A stretch of DNA of 64,000 nt, from the NCBI GenBank assembly GCA_044223005.1, contig JBGAML010000001.1, forward strand, positions 256,001 to 320,000, given 5' to 3'. Positions 48,754 to 58,026 of this stretch are shown piece after piece (position 1 is the first letter of the stretch; each line of letters starts with the position of its first letter). Origin of the DNA: Candidatus Eiseniibacteriota bacterium (GTDB lineage Bacteria; Eisenbacteria; RBG-16-71-46). The translations under genes were made by a program, and so were the position numbers. Under the pieces are notes generated by a model, which was not told the origin of the DNA, ran no database searches, and saw only the letters and a list, made by a program, of their open reading frames with translations.

Positions 48754-49524
48754 TCAGTAGACGAGGCCCCAGCCCAGCTTCACGCTCCAGAGCGTCTCGC
48801 TCGTCTTCTCGTGCCCGAACACCGGGTTCACGACGCCCTCGCGGCCCTTGGTGAAGCTCGTGCGCACGTCGAGGCCGAGGATGTGGCGATCGTTGAGCGG
48901 CATGTTCGCGCCCACCGTGATGTACTCGCCGACCCGCGGCGCACCCGTGTAGTCGCCGTCGGTGCGGTAGTACTTGTGGAAGTAGTAGCCCGCGCCCGCG
49001 CCGACGTACGGCCGCAGCGCGGTGTTCCACTTGAAGTGGCGCGTGAACTCGGCCGTGAACGGCACCGAGATCTCGTAGCTGTGGACGAAGTGGTTCAGCA
49101 GGTCGTGCTGCACCGACGCGCCGAAGGCGTACTTCGAGCCGATCATGTGCTGGTACGCGATGCCGTAGCCGGCGAGGCCGTCGCCCGCGTTCGTCTGCGA
49201 CGATTTCGCGTAGCCGGCACGGAACATCATCCAGTTCGCGCCCTTGGCCCACGGGCCGTCGGCCTTGCGGCGCTCGGCATACGAGGGCTCCGGCGGCGGC
49301 GCGGGCTTGGCCGGCTTCGCGGGCTTGGGCGCAGCCGCGGCCTTGGGAGGACGCGCCGCAGCGGTGGGCGCGGCCGCCGTCTTCTTCTGCTTCGCGACCT
49401 TGGCGGGCTTCGGGGCCGGGGCGGAATCGGCCGCCGACACGGGCGAGATGGCGAACACGGTCGCAGCCACCACGGCAAGCATCACCGCGGTCCCACGCCG
49501 GAAGACAGCAGAGGACGTCGACAC
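48754..49524 (-). CDS. Outer-membrane beta-barrel (OmpW/OmpA-like) with a Lys/Ala/Pro linker
   Basis: AAGGAG RBS before GTG; signal peptide; LRPYVGAGAGYY; aromatic C-terminus WGLVY. Confidence 0.8.
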   Translation of the reverse strand: MSTSSAVFRRGTAVMLAVVAATVFAISPVSAADSAPAPKPAKVAKQKKTAAAPTAAARPPKAAAAPKPAKPAKPAPPPEPSYAERRKADGPWAKGANWMMFRAGYAKSSQTNAGDGLAGYGIAYQHMIGSKYAFGASVQHDLLNHFVHSYEISVPFTAEFTRHFKWNTALRPYVGAGAGYYFHKYYRTDGDYTGAPRVGEYITVGANMPLNDRHILGLDVRTSFTKGREGVVNPVFGHEKTSETLWSVKLGWGLVY

Positions 49525-49919
49525 CAGAACGCTCCTTTCGACTCGTTTCCGCATGGCCCGGTCGGGCGCCCCGGACAGGGGCTGCCGGCGCCGATTCCGC
49601 TCGGAGGGTGCGGCGCGGACGGGCACGGGCAGGCGGTGAAGCTAGCAAGCCCGCGCGGGAGCCGCAATGCGGCCCTGCCGAGGCGAAATGCCCGAACGGC
49701 TGCAGGTTGCCGTGCAGAGTGCTGCTGCGACCCGGAACTCGACAAGCCCTTTCCGGGTACCACCGGCGACCGGGGCGTGCGACCGGACTTTGTACCTCGT
49801 TGGTACAAGGCCCGGTGCGCGCGCGCACAGGGACCGCGCCCACTTCGGCCCCGCTCGCGGCACGGCTCGTGATAACCGCGGAGCGGCAGGCTGAAGGGCC
49901 ACTCGGGAGGAGATCCGTC

Positions 49920-50588
49920 ATGAAGGCTCGCTTCGTACTCGTCGTCCTGGCGCTGCTCGCCATCGTTCCACCCGCGTCCGCCGCGATGCGTGCGTCGTCG
50001 GGACTCTCGCTGGGCGCCAACGGCGGCCTGGGCGGTGAAGGTTCGCTCACGCTGACCGACTTCGCGCAGGACTTCCCGTTCTCCGCGCGTTTCGCGGCCG
50101 GCTACATGTCGCTCGATCCCGGCGACGCGCCGCTCGCGCGCCGCGTGTTCGTGAACGAGGCCACCAATGGCTCGGCCGAGAAGAGCGGCCACCGCTTCGA
50201 TCTCCGGGTCGACGCGCGCTACCAGCTGAAGGGCGGCCGGCTCGCGGGCACGTGGCTCTACTTCGGCCCGCGCTTTTCCATGTGGCACGGCACGTTCAAC
50301 TTCGTCGACGGCAACGAGACGTTCGACGTGACCACCAACCAGTTCGGCGCCGGCGCCGGGTTCGAGCAGGTGTTCACGATGGGGCCGCACACCGATTTCA
50401 CGATCGGCGCGGGCCTCGACTGGTACGCGAACGCCGACTTCAAGGGCCACGGCTCGACGTACAGCCCCAACGGCACGTCGGTCGATCCCAAGGAAGACTT
50501 CACGTACACGACCGCCGACCAGGCGATCGCGCAGCCGCGCTTCGCACCGCGCGTGATGATCGGCATGCAGCACCACATCGGCTGGTGA
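49920..50588 (+). CDS. Outer-membrane beta-barrel protein
   Basis: GGAGG RBS; signal peptide; amphipathic strands; ends HHIGW. Confidence 0.8.
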   Translation: MKARFVLVVLALLAIVPPASAAMRASSGLSLGANGGLGGEGSLTLTDFAQDFPFSARFAAGYMSLDPGDAPLARRVFVNEATNGSAEKSGHRFDLRVDARYQLKGGRLAGTWLYFGPRFSMWHGTFNFVDGNETFDVTTNQFGAGAGFEQVFTMGPHTDFTIGAGLDWYANADFKGHGSTYSPNGTSVDPKEDFTYTTADQAIAQPRFAPRVMIGMQHHIGW

Positions 50589-50619
50589 TCCGCCCGCCGG
50601 CCCCGTGAGGCCGGCCGAA

Positions 50620-50652
50620 ACGGCGCGCCTGCGGGGATCGCGGGCGCGCCGT
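50620..50652. terminator. Hairpin between convergent genes
   Basis: acggcgcgcc ... ggcgcgccgt stem. Confidence 0.5.
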
Positions 50653-50654
50653 CG

Positions 50655-52733
50655 TCATTGCGGCGGCGCGGCGCCGCCGGGCAGCATCGATTCGGCTTGC
50701 CGCAGCGCACCGAGCACGCGCTGGCGCTCGGCCGGCAACAGCGGGCCCGCGAGCGCGCGGGCGTACGCGTTCCGCGCACCGCTCGCGTCGCCGTACATGG
50801 CGCACGCGTCGCCCAGGCTCGCGGCCGCGTCGGCGCCACCACCCGAGCCGGCCGCCACCGCGAGCGCGACCGCGCCCGGCAGCGGCGCGCCGTGCGCGAG
50901 CAGCGCGCGGCCGAGCGCGGCGGTGGCCGCGGCATCGGCGGGATCGGCGAGCGCGCGCGTCGCGGCGCCCGCGAGCGCGGAGTCGGCGAGCAGGCCGGCC
51001 GCGTCCGCGGGCAGCACGCCGAGTGCGACGAGCAGCGTGCGCGGCTCGCGCGATTCGGCAGGCGCCGCGCGCCAGCGCTCGCGCGCGACGTCCCGCTGGC
51101 CGGCCTCGGCGTGCGCGGCGGCGCGCAGCCACGCGACCTGCGGCGCGGCGCCGGAGGAGAGCGCATCGAGGCACGCGTCCGCCACGTCGGGCCGGCCGCG
51201 CACGAACAGCTCGCGCGCGAGCGCGGCGCGCACGACGTCGTCCGCGCGCTGCCACTCGAACTGCACCTGCGCGTACTGGCAGCTGAGCAGCCCCAGCGGT
51301 CCGTGCACGTCGGCGACCGTGAGCGAGTCGAGCGATTTGACGATCGGCTCGGGCGCGCCCGCGGACATGCGCAGCGCCGGGCCGGTGACGCTGGCGAGCA
51401 GCGGGTTCTCGTCGGCGCCCACGGCCATGTTGACCGGCACCGAGCGCAGGTCGGGCACCGCCGGCGCCAGCGCGGCGAGAAAGCGATTCGTGAGCTCGGC
51501 CGTCTCGCGGAAGAACGCGTCGTTCACGTGCGCGTGCCGGCCGGCGCCCGTGGCGGACTCCACGGGGCGATAGACGACGTTGCTCGCGAGCGTCACCACC
51601 GCCAGCGCCGCGGCCAGCGCGCGCGCCGGCCACGCGCCCGCACGCGCGAGCGCGATCGCGCCGGCGAGCGCGGCGCCGAACGCCGACCACGCGAAGAAGT
51701 AGCCGCGCCAGCGGTCCATGACCACGGCCACGGGCAGCAGCCCGAGCACGACGGTCGCGAGCGCGAACGCGAGCGCGCGCCGCCGCGCGGGCGCCGCCGC
51801 CGCGTCGGCCTCGCCGTCGCGCGCGAACGCGAACGTCGCGGCGAGCGCCGCGGCCACGAGCGCGAGGCCGAGCAGCACGGGCAGCGTGCGCGCGGCCACG
51901 CCGAGACCGGGCATCGTCGAGGGCGGGAAGTACGTCGAGAGGAACGCGCCCGGCAGGCCGGCCGCGCTGCCCGCCTGGCGCAGCGACCACGCATAGCCCG
52001 CGACGTCGTTGCCGAAGCGCGCGCGCGTCACGACGTGCGCGGCCAACGCGAGCGCGAGCCCCATGAGCGCGGGAGCGAGCCGCGCGAACCGTGCGTGCAG
52101 CGGGCCGCGCGCGCCGGCGGTCCATTCGAACGCGGCGAGCATCGGCACGACCACCACGGCCGTCTCCTTGGAGAGCGTCGCGAGGAGGACCGCGACGCCG
52201 GCGGCGAGGAAGCGCCGCTGCTGGTGCAGCCACAGCGCGAGCACGCTCCAGAAGAGCGCGACCAGGTCCTGAGCGCAGGACACCCATGCGAGCAGCGCGC
52301 CGGTCGGCGGCCATGCGAGCCAGAGCAGCACGAACGTGCGCGCGATGCGCGTGCCGAGCCAGCGCTGCACGAACGCATACGCGAGGAAGAGCGTCCCGAG
52401 GTGGGTGATCGCGTTGACCGCGTGGTAGCCCGCGGCCTGGGGGCCGAACAGCCGGCCCCAGAGCCAGAACCAGAGCTCGCGCGAGACCGGGCGGTAGTAG
52501 CCGAGGATGCCGAACCGGCCGGTCAGCAGTTCCGGCAGGGAATGGTGCTGCGCCGCGTCGAGAAGCGTCCAGTCGTCGCCCACGAGGCCGATCGCCGCGC
52601 TGCGCGCGTAGAGCGCGAGCCCGAGCACGAGCGTCGCCGCGCCCCAGCCCCACGCGGCGCGCGAAGGCGGCGCTTCGGCGGCGGGCGCGGCGGGCGGAGC
52701 GACGGGCGCGGCACGGCGGGCGGAGCGTTTCAT
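50655..52733 (-). CDS. GT-C-fold membrane glycosyltransferase-like protein with C-terminal TPR-like helices
   Basis: GDDW after TM1, YYRPV, YHAVN and LSKETAV; about 11 TM; helical tail. Confidence 0.7.
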   Translation of the reverse strand: MKRSARRAAPVAPPAAPAAEAPPSRAAWGWGAATLVLGLALYARSAAIGLVGDDWTLLDAAQHHSLPELLTGRFGILGYYRPVSRELWFWLWGRLFGPQAAGYHAVNAITHLGTLFLAYAFVQRWLGTRIARTFVLLWLAWPPTGALLAWVSCAQDLVALFWSVLALWLHQQRRFLAAGVAVLLATLSKETAVVVVPMLAAFEWTAGARGPLHARFARLAPALMGLALALAAHVVTRARFGNDVAGYAWSLRQAGSAAGLPGAFLSTYFPPSTMPGLGVAARTLPVLLGLALVAAALAATFAFARDGEADAAAAPARRRALAFALATVVLGLLPVAVVMDRWRGYFFAWSAFGAALAGAIALARAGAWPARALAAALAVVTLASNVVYRPVESATGAGRHAHVNDAFFRETAELTNRFLAALAPAVPDLRSVPVNMAVGADENPLLASVTGPALRMSAGAPEPIVKSLDSLTVADVHGPLGLLSCQYAQVQFEWQRADDVVRAALARELFVRGRPDVADACLDALSSGAAPQVAWLRAAAHAEAGQRDVARERWRAAPAESREPRTLLVALGVLPADAAGLLADSALAGAATRALADPADAAATAALGRALLAHGAPLPGAVALAVAAGSGGGADAAASLGDACAMYGDASGARNAYARALAGPLLPAERQRVLGALRQAESMLPGGAAPPQ

Positions 52734-52839
52734 GCGGGCACTGTAGCCCGCGGCGGCGCCTGCGCGCACGCGCGGCGCGAATCGCGGGCGCGACGCCGAA
52801 ACGCTTCCCACTCCCGCGCGAAGGCGCTACCTTGCGACC

Positions 52840-53373
52840 ATGCGACGTGCCGGCGCACTCCCCATCCATGCCTTGCTCCTGCTCGGCCTGGCGCTCGTGT
52901 CGTGGACGGGATGCGGCCGCCGGCACGATGCTCCGGCGACGAACGGGGACGGGCTCTCGTTCGAGAAGCTCGCGGACACGACCGGGCTCTCGGACGGGCC
53001 GCCGCTCGTGGAGAAGTTCGAGGTCCGCCGCCTGCCCGGGGGCTCGCTGCAGATCCTCGCGCGGCTCGGGTTCCCGAAGGGGACGCGCGTGCAGGTCGCG
53101 ATCCGGCGCCCGAACGTGCAGGCCGCCGTGGCGATGACGCAGTCGATCGTCGAGGCGGACCATTCGTTCGCGACGCCACCCATGATGAGCCCGCAGGGGC
53201 CGCTGCCGATCGCGACCTACCAGTTCGAGCTCACGGCCCAGTTCACGCCCGAGTGGCAGACCGCCGACGTGCTGCGCGCGACCGACAATGGCCGGGCACT
53301 GCGCGGACCCGGCATCACGCGCACCGGGGTCGGGGGCGCGATGTTCTGGACGGTCCAGGAGATGACGCGATGA
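52840..53373 (+). CDS. Hypothetical lipoprotein
   Basis: WTG-C lipobox-like site; its stop overlaps the next ATG. Confidence 0.7.
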   Translation: MRRAGALPIHALLLLGLALVSWTGCGRRHDAPATNGDGLSFEKLADTTGLSDGPPLVEKFEVRRLPGGSLQILARLGFPKGTRVQVAIRRPNVQAAVAMTQSIVEADHSFATPPMMSPQGPLPIATYQFELTAQFTPEWQTADVLRATDNGRALRGPGITRTGVGGAMFWTVQEMTR

Positions 53374-54647
53374 GTACCCGCGCCAACCGCCCGCCGGCGC
53401 TGCGCTACCGCACCGCAAGGCGCACCGACGTCGACACACTCGCGGACCTCGCGCTGCGGGCCTACCGCGTCTCGAGCCTCGAGGCGCGGCGCGAGTTCTT
53501 CACCGAGCACCCGCGCTTTTCCATCCGCGACGTGCGCGCCGGTGAGCTGGACGGCCAGCTGGTCGCCACGCTCGCGCTGTACCCGCTGCACGCGTTCGTG
53601 CGCGGCGAGCGGCTGCCCGTGACCGGCATCGGCTCGGTGGCCGTTTCGCCCGAGCACCGCCGCCGCGGCGTCGCCGAAGCGCTGCTGCGCGCCACGCTGC
53701 GCGAGCTGCGCCAGCGCGGCGATGCGTTCTGCATGCTGTATTCGTTCCGCGCCGACTTCTACCGGCGCTACGGCTTCGGGCTCGTCGAGCGCACGAACAT
53801 GCTGTCGGTGCCGCCCGCGGCGCTGCCCGCGTCGGAAGAAGCGCGGCAGGTGCGTCGCATGCAGCTGCCCGACCGGCCCGCCGTGCGCGAGCTCTACGAC
53901 CGGCACGTGCGCGAGGCCGGGCACTTCGCGCTCGAGCGCCGCCCCGAGTGGTGGGAGAAGCGCCTCTGGGGCTACGAAGGCGACTGGGTCGTCTACGAGG
54001 GCAAGCGGCGCGGGCAGATCGAGGGCTACCTGCAGTACCAGGTCGACAGCGGCGAAGGCCCGTGGAAGCTGGTGCTCAGCGTGAACGAGTTCGTGGCCGC
54101 GACGCCCGCGGCGCACGCCGGCCTCTGGGGCTACCTGCACGCGCAGCGCGACCAGGCGGTGGAGGTGGTCGCGTGCGTGCCCGGCGATTCGCTCTGGCTC
54201 ACGCAGCTCGCCGATGCCGCCAACCTGCGCGGCGAAATGAAGCTCGGCGTGCACCGCTCGAGCGGGCACCTCGGCTACGGCGCCATGCTGCGGCTGATCG
54301 ACGTGAAGGCCGCCCTCGAGGCGCTGCCCGTGACGCCGCAGGCGCGCGGCGAGCTCACGCTGGAAGTGCGCGATGCGATCCTGCCCGGCAACGCGCGCGC
54401 ATGGCGGCTCGTGGCGCGCGACGGGCGCGTGAGCGTGAAGCCCGAGCACTCCGGCACGCGCCCGCGCAAGGCGCTGCCGCGCCTCGTCGCCGACGTGGAG
54501 CCGCTCGCGGCGATCGTCGCCGGCACGCTCTCGCCGATGCGCGCGGCCGAAGCCGGGCTCGTCGAGGACGTGCGCGGCGCGGCCGAGCTGCTCGAGCCGT
54601 GGTGGCGGTCGCGCCCCGTGTTCCTGCACCCGATGAACGCGTTCTGA
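53370..54647 (+). CDS. Eis-like GNAT acetyltransferase (GNAT + SCP2-like C-terminus)
   Basis: GIGSVAVSPEHRRRGVA, FYRRYGFG and MLRLIDVKAALEA. Confidence 0.9.
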   Translation: MSTRANRPPALRYRTARRTDVDTLADLALRAYRVSSLEARREFFTEHPRFSIRDVRAGELDGQLVATLALYPLHAFVRGERLPVTGIGSVAVSPEHRRRGVAEALLRATLRELRQRGDAFCMLYSFRADFYRRYGFGLVERTNMLSVPPAALPASEEARQVRRMQLPDRPAVRELYDRHVREAGHFALERRPEWWEKRLWGYEGDWVVYEGKRRGQIEGYLQYQVDSGEGPWKLVLSVNEFVAATPAAHAGLWGYLHAQRDQAVEVVACVPGDSLWLTQLADAANLRGEMKLGVHRSSGHLGYGAMLRLIDVKAALEALPVTPQARGELTLEVRDAILPGNARAWRLVARDGRVSVKPEHSGTRPRKALPRLVADVEPLAAIVAGTLSPMRAAEAGLVEDVRGAAELLEPWWRSRPVFLHPMNAF

Positions 54648-54666
54648 AACCTCCTCGGAGAGATTC

Positions 54667-55101
54667 GTGAGCGAGACGAACTGGACCCTCGTGGCGCCGC
54701 TGCGCCCCCGCTTCCGTGACACCGACGCGATGGGTCACATCAACAACGCCGTGTACGTCACGTACCTGGAGGTCGCCCGCCAGGAGTACTGGCGCGCGTT
54801 CCGCGGCGACGACAACTACCGCGTGGTGCCGTTCATCCTGGCGCGGGTCGAGATCGACTACCGCTCCGAAGCGCTCATGCACGAGACGCTCGAGCTCTGC
54901 ATCCGCTGTTCGTGGGTGGGCGGCAAGTCGTTCGGGTTCGACTACGTGATCCGCGCGGCGGCCGACCACCGGCTGGTGGTGGAAGCGAAGACGGTGCTGG
55001 TGTTCTACGACTACGAGAAGAAGCAGAGCATTCCGTGTCCGCCGGAGATGCGCGAGCGCCTCGAAGCGTTCGAGGGCCGTTCGCTGGCGCGTCCCGCCTG
55101 A
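54667..55101 (+). CDS. Acyl-CoA thioesterase (YbgC/FadM hotdog family)
   Basis: RFRDTDAMGHINNAVYVTYLEVAR. Confidence 0.92.
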   Translation: MSETNWTLVAPLRPRFRDTDAMGHINNAVYVTYLEVARQEYWRAFRGDDNYRVVPFILARVEIDYRSEALMHETLELCIRCSWVGGKSFGFDYVIRAAADHRLVVEAKTVLVFYDYEKKQSIPCPPEMRERLEAFEGRSLARPA

Positions 55102-55144
55102 AGCCATTCGCGGCCGCGAGCTGCGGCCCGACCGGAGGTGCGCG

Positions 55145-55495
55145 ATGAAGGATCGTCCGCAGGGCGCGAAGCTGTCGCGCCGCCGCTTCGTCACGATGGT
55201 GGCTGCCGGCTCGGCCGCCGTGATCGCGAGCCCGCTCGCCACCGCCACAGGCGCCGCGCCCGCGCGACGCACGCCGATCGGCAAGCCGCCGATGAAGCCG
55301 AAGGTGCCCGCGGCGCCCGTCGCTCCCGTCCCCGCTCCCGGGACCGAGTTGGGCGAACTCGACCGCAAGGAGCTGGAGCGGCAGAAGCAGTCGACGCTCG
55401 ACACGCTCGCGACGATCCGCAAGCACGCGATGCCCGCCGGCACCGAGCTGGGGTTCGTCTTCCGGCCGCTCAAGCCTTCGCGAAAGGGGCGCTGA
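55145..55495 (+). CDS. Small Tat-signal protein, probable amidase partner subunit
   Basis: GGAGG RBS; SRRRFV Tat motif; Pro-rich linker; helix + IRKHAMPAGTELGFVFRP; ends 1 nt before the amidase start. Confidence 0.7.
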   Translation: MKDRPQGAKLSRRRFVTMVAAGSAAVIASPLATATGAAPARRTPIGKPPMKPKVPAAPVAPVPAPGTELGELDRKELERQKQSTLDTLATIRKHAMPAGTELGFVFRPLKPSRKGR

Positions 55496-55496
55496 C

Positions 55497-56897
55497 ATGC
55501 TCTCCGAAGAGATCTTCTTCGCGCCGGTCACCGAGCTCTCCGAGAAGATCCGCAATCGCCAGCTCTCGCCCGTCGAGCTGACGCAGGGCTATCTCGACCG
55601 CATCAAGAAGTACAACGACCGCTTCAATGCGTTCGTCACCGTCACCGCCGACCAGGCGCTGCTGCAGGCGCGCACCGCCGAATCGCAGATCGCGCAGGGC
55701 CGTTGGCGCGGACCGCTGCACGGCATTCCGTGGGGCGCCAAGGACCTGCTCGCCACCAAGGGCGTGCCGACCGGCTGGGGCACGCGCTTCCTCGCGAACC
55801 AGGTGTTCGACTACGACGCCACCGTGGTGAAGCGCCTCAACGACGCCGGCGCCGTGATGCTCGGCAAGACGCACTGCGTCGAGTTCGCCGGTTGCCTCGG
55901 CTACCGCTTCCCCGACGCATCGGTCGCCGGCCCCGGCCGCAATCCGTGGAACGCCGAGCACTGGACCGGCGGCTCGTCGAGCGGCTCCGGCGCCGCCGTG
56001 GCCGCGGGCCTCGCCGCGTTCGCGCTCGGCACCGAGACGTGGGGCTCGATCCTCTGCCCGTCCGCATTCTGCGGCCTCTCGGGCCTGCGGCCCACGTACG
56101 GACTCGTCTCGCGCGCCGGCGGCATGGTGGGCGCGTACACGTTCGACAAGATCGGCCCGCTCGCGCGCACGGCCGCCGACTGCCGCCTCGTGCTCGACGC
56201 GATCCAGGGCCCCGACCCGCTCGACCCCACGTCGTCGGGCGAACGCGTGAACCTGCGCCCGAGCGGCAAGCCGCTCTCGCAGATCCGCGCCGCGCTGATC
56301 CCGCTCGACTGGAGCAGGACCGGCGAGCCCGAGGCCAAGGCCGCCTTCGACGCCGCCGTGAACGTGCTGCGCGCCGCCGGGCTCAAGCTGGAGGAGGCCA
56401 CGTTCCCCGACTACCCCGCGAGCGAGGTGTCCGGGCTACTCATCACCGTGGAAGCGCTCGCCGCGTTCGAGCCGTTCTTCCAGAACGGCGCCGTGACGCA
56501 GCTCGTCGACAAGCTCGCGCGACACCAGTGGGACATCGCGCAGCCCATCACCGGCGCCGACACGATGAAGGCGTGGCGCATGCGGCGCGAGCTGCAGGAG
56601 ATCGTCGCGAAGTGGTTCGAGAAGTACGACGTGATCGTGACGCCGAACTTCAAGAGCGTCGCGCCGCGCGCCGACGACGACTTGAACGCCGCGCTCGCCT
56701 ACGCCGACCCCGCCGGCGCGATCGGCGTGGGCTGCGGCCTGCCCGCACTCGCGTTGCCCACCGGCTTCGGCAAGGCGCACCTGCCCGTGAGCATGCAGGT
56801 CATGGGCCCGCCGTTCTCGGAAGAGACGCTGCTCGAGATCGGTGACGCGTTCCAGAAGGCGACTTCGTTCCACAAGGAGCATGCGGCGGTGGCGTAG
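55497..56897 (+). CDS. Amidase-signature enzyme (GatA/AtzE-like)
   Basis: GPLHGIPWGAKDL, GGSSSGS, GTETWGSI and GLRPTYGLVSR. Confidence 0.92.
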   Translation: MLSEEIFFAPVTELSEKIRNRQLSPVELTQGYLDRIKKYNDRFNAFVTVTADQALLQARTAESQIAQGRWRGPLHGIPWGAKDLLATKGVPTGWGTRFLANQVFDYDATVVKRLNDAGAVMLGKTHCVEFAGCLGYRFPDASVAGPGRNPWNAEHWTGGSSSGSGAAVAAGLAAFALGTETWGSILCPSAFCGLSGLRPTYGLVSRAGGMVGAYTFDKIGPLARTAADCRLVLDAIQGPDPLDPTSSGERVNLRPSGKPLSQIRAALIPLDWSRTGEPEAKAAFDAAVNVLRAAGLKLEEATFPDYPASEVSGLLITVEALAAFEPFFQNGAVTQLVDKLARHQWDIAQPITGADTMKAWRMRRELQEIVAKWFEKYDVIVTPNFKSVAPRADDDLNAALAYADPAGAIGVGCGLPALALPTGFGKAHLPVSMQVMGPPFSEETLLEIGDAFQKATSFHKEHAAVA

Positions 56898-56926
56898 CTC
56901 CCCATCCCTCCGGGGAGGACCGCATC

Positions 56927-57403
56927 ATGAAGTTCGTCTCGAAGCTGGCTCTTGCCGCATGCGCGATCGGCCTGCTCGGCGCCGCGCAGGCTTCGTCGGT
57001 TCATGCCGCCGCGACGTGCACCGTGCGGCTCGGCCTGAACGGCGGCACGCACGTGGTGGTCCACGACCAGGTCGGGCGCGTGATCGGCGACGTGCCCCAG
57101 GGCGCGCTGCGGATCCCGCGCGCCGAATCCCAGTCGCGACTCGACGGCGTCGACTTCGCGATCATCGACCCGCCGCCGGGATTCCTGGTCGTCGAGTGCA
57201 CGGCGACGCAGTCCACCGTCGCGCTCGCCGCCAGCACCACCTGCGCCGACGGCAACCTCGCCACGAGCCGAAGCACCGACGTCACGGCCGGCCAGCGCGT
57301 GGTCTTCAACGTCCGCTGGCAACCCGCCCGCGGCAAAGCCCCCGCGATCCTGAAGGTCCACATCGCGCAGAACGGGGCGCCCGCCGGCAAGCGGGGGCGG
57401 TGA
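56927..57403 (+). CDS. Secreted hypothetical protein
   Basis: GGAGG RBS; signal peptide; beta-rich. Confidence 0.7.
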   Translation: MKFVSKLALAACAIGLLGAAQASSVHAAATCTVRLGLNGGTHVVVHDQVGRVIGDVPQGALRIPRAESQSRLDGVDFAIIDPPPGFLVVECTATQSTVALAASTTCADGNLATSRSTDVTAGQRVVFNVRWQPARGKAPAILKVHIAQNGAPAGKRGR

Positions 57404-57512
57404 AAGCACTCGCCTCAAGTTCCAAGCGTCCAGCGAATGTCCAACAATCTCAGGTCGCGCCAGCCCTGGAAGGCGTGTCGATGGAGGGTGGGCGCCGAGG
57501 CCCCTCAGTCAT

Positions 57513-57575
57513 TGGCCGTTCATTGAGTTGGCGCGCCATGATGCTCAGGCCGGTCTGTGAGTGCTGAGAAAGGTC
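57513..57575 (-). pseudogene. IS30-family transposase C-terminal fragment
   Basis: Manual translation gives DLSQHSQTGLSIMARQLNERP, resembling the IS30 C-terminal DLS..SQ..L..IA..LN.RPRK motif. Confidence 0.6.
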
Positions 57576-57768
57576 CGAAGCGCCAGCTCGGTCAGGTCCA
57601 GATCGCGGGCAACTGCTCCGGCCGACTTGCCCTCCCCGAGGACGAGCCGGACCGCGCCCGCCTTGAATTCCTCACCGAACACTCGCCGCCGGCGGCAACC
57701 ACCGTCCTGTCCATGCTGGATATCGTAGACGCCTTTCGGAAAGTGTCTACGTGAACGGGTCAAGCCCA
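57576..57768 (-). mobile_element. IS3-family remnant (left IR + frameshifted, truncated orfA)
   Basis: End sequence TGGGCTTGACCCGTTCACGTAGACAC; RRRVFGEEFKAGAVRLVLGEGKSAGAVARDLDLTELALR is an IS3 OrfA-type HTH; the nearby ATG is out of frame. Confidence 0.8.
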
Positions 57769-58025
57769 CCCAAGCGGTTCAGCCACCTTCGAGCAGAGGC
57801 GCGGCCAATGCTTGCCGACTGTGCAGCCGCGGTGGCGCTCCAGCGGTGATCACGTACCCGTGCGACAAGCAGGACTCGCCTCGCCGGGAACGTCCGCGCC
57901 CCACTTTGGAGGTCCATCCGGAGCTCCTCGGAGTCTGTTGTTGGAAGGCCTAGAGACCTCCAACGTCAGACACCACGGCCCCGGCCAAACAGAGATCGAC
58001 TGTAACAAATTGGCGAGACTTCACA
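57769..58025 (-). mobile_element. IS481-family remnant (left IR + transposase N-terminus from ATG 57917)
   Basis: TGTGAAG end next to an NCTAGN site; GAGGAG RBS; MDLQSGARTFPARRVLLVARVRDHRWSATAAAQSASIGRASARRWLNRL resembles the IS481 N-terminal HTH. Confidence 0.75.
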
Positions 58026-58026
58026 G

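Noticed and set aside
50658..54647. 1329-aa plus-strand ORF suggesting a giant GNAT fusion
   Set aside because: The first ~900 aa are Arg/Ala-rich antisense read-through of the minus-strand GT-C gene. The real gene starts at ATG 53370, overlapping the upstream stop.
55497..56897. Calling the amidase gatA
   Set aside because: No gatB is adjacent, the signature differs (GTETWGSIL), and the partner has a Tat signal.
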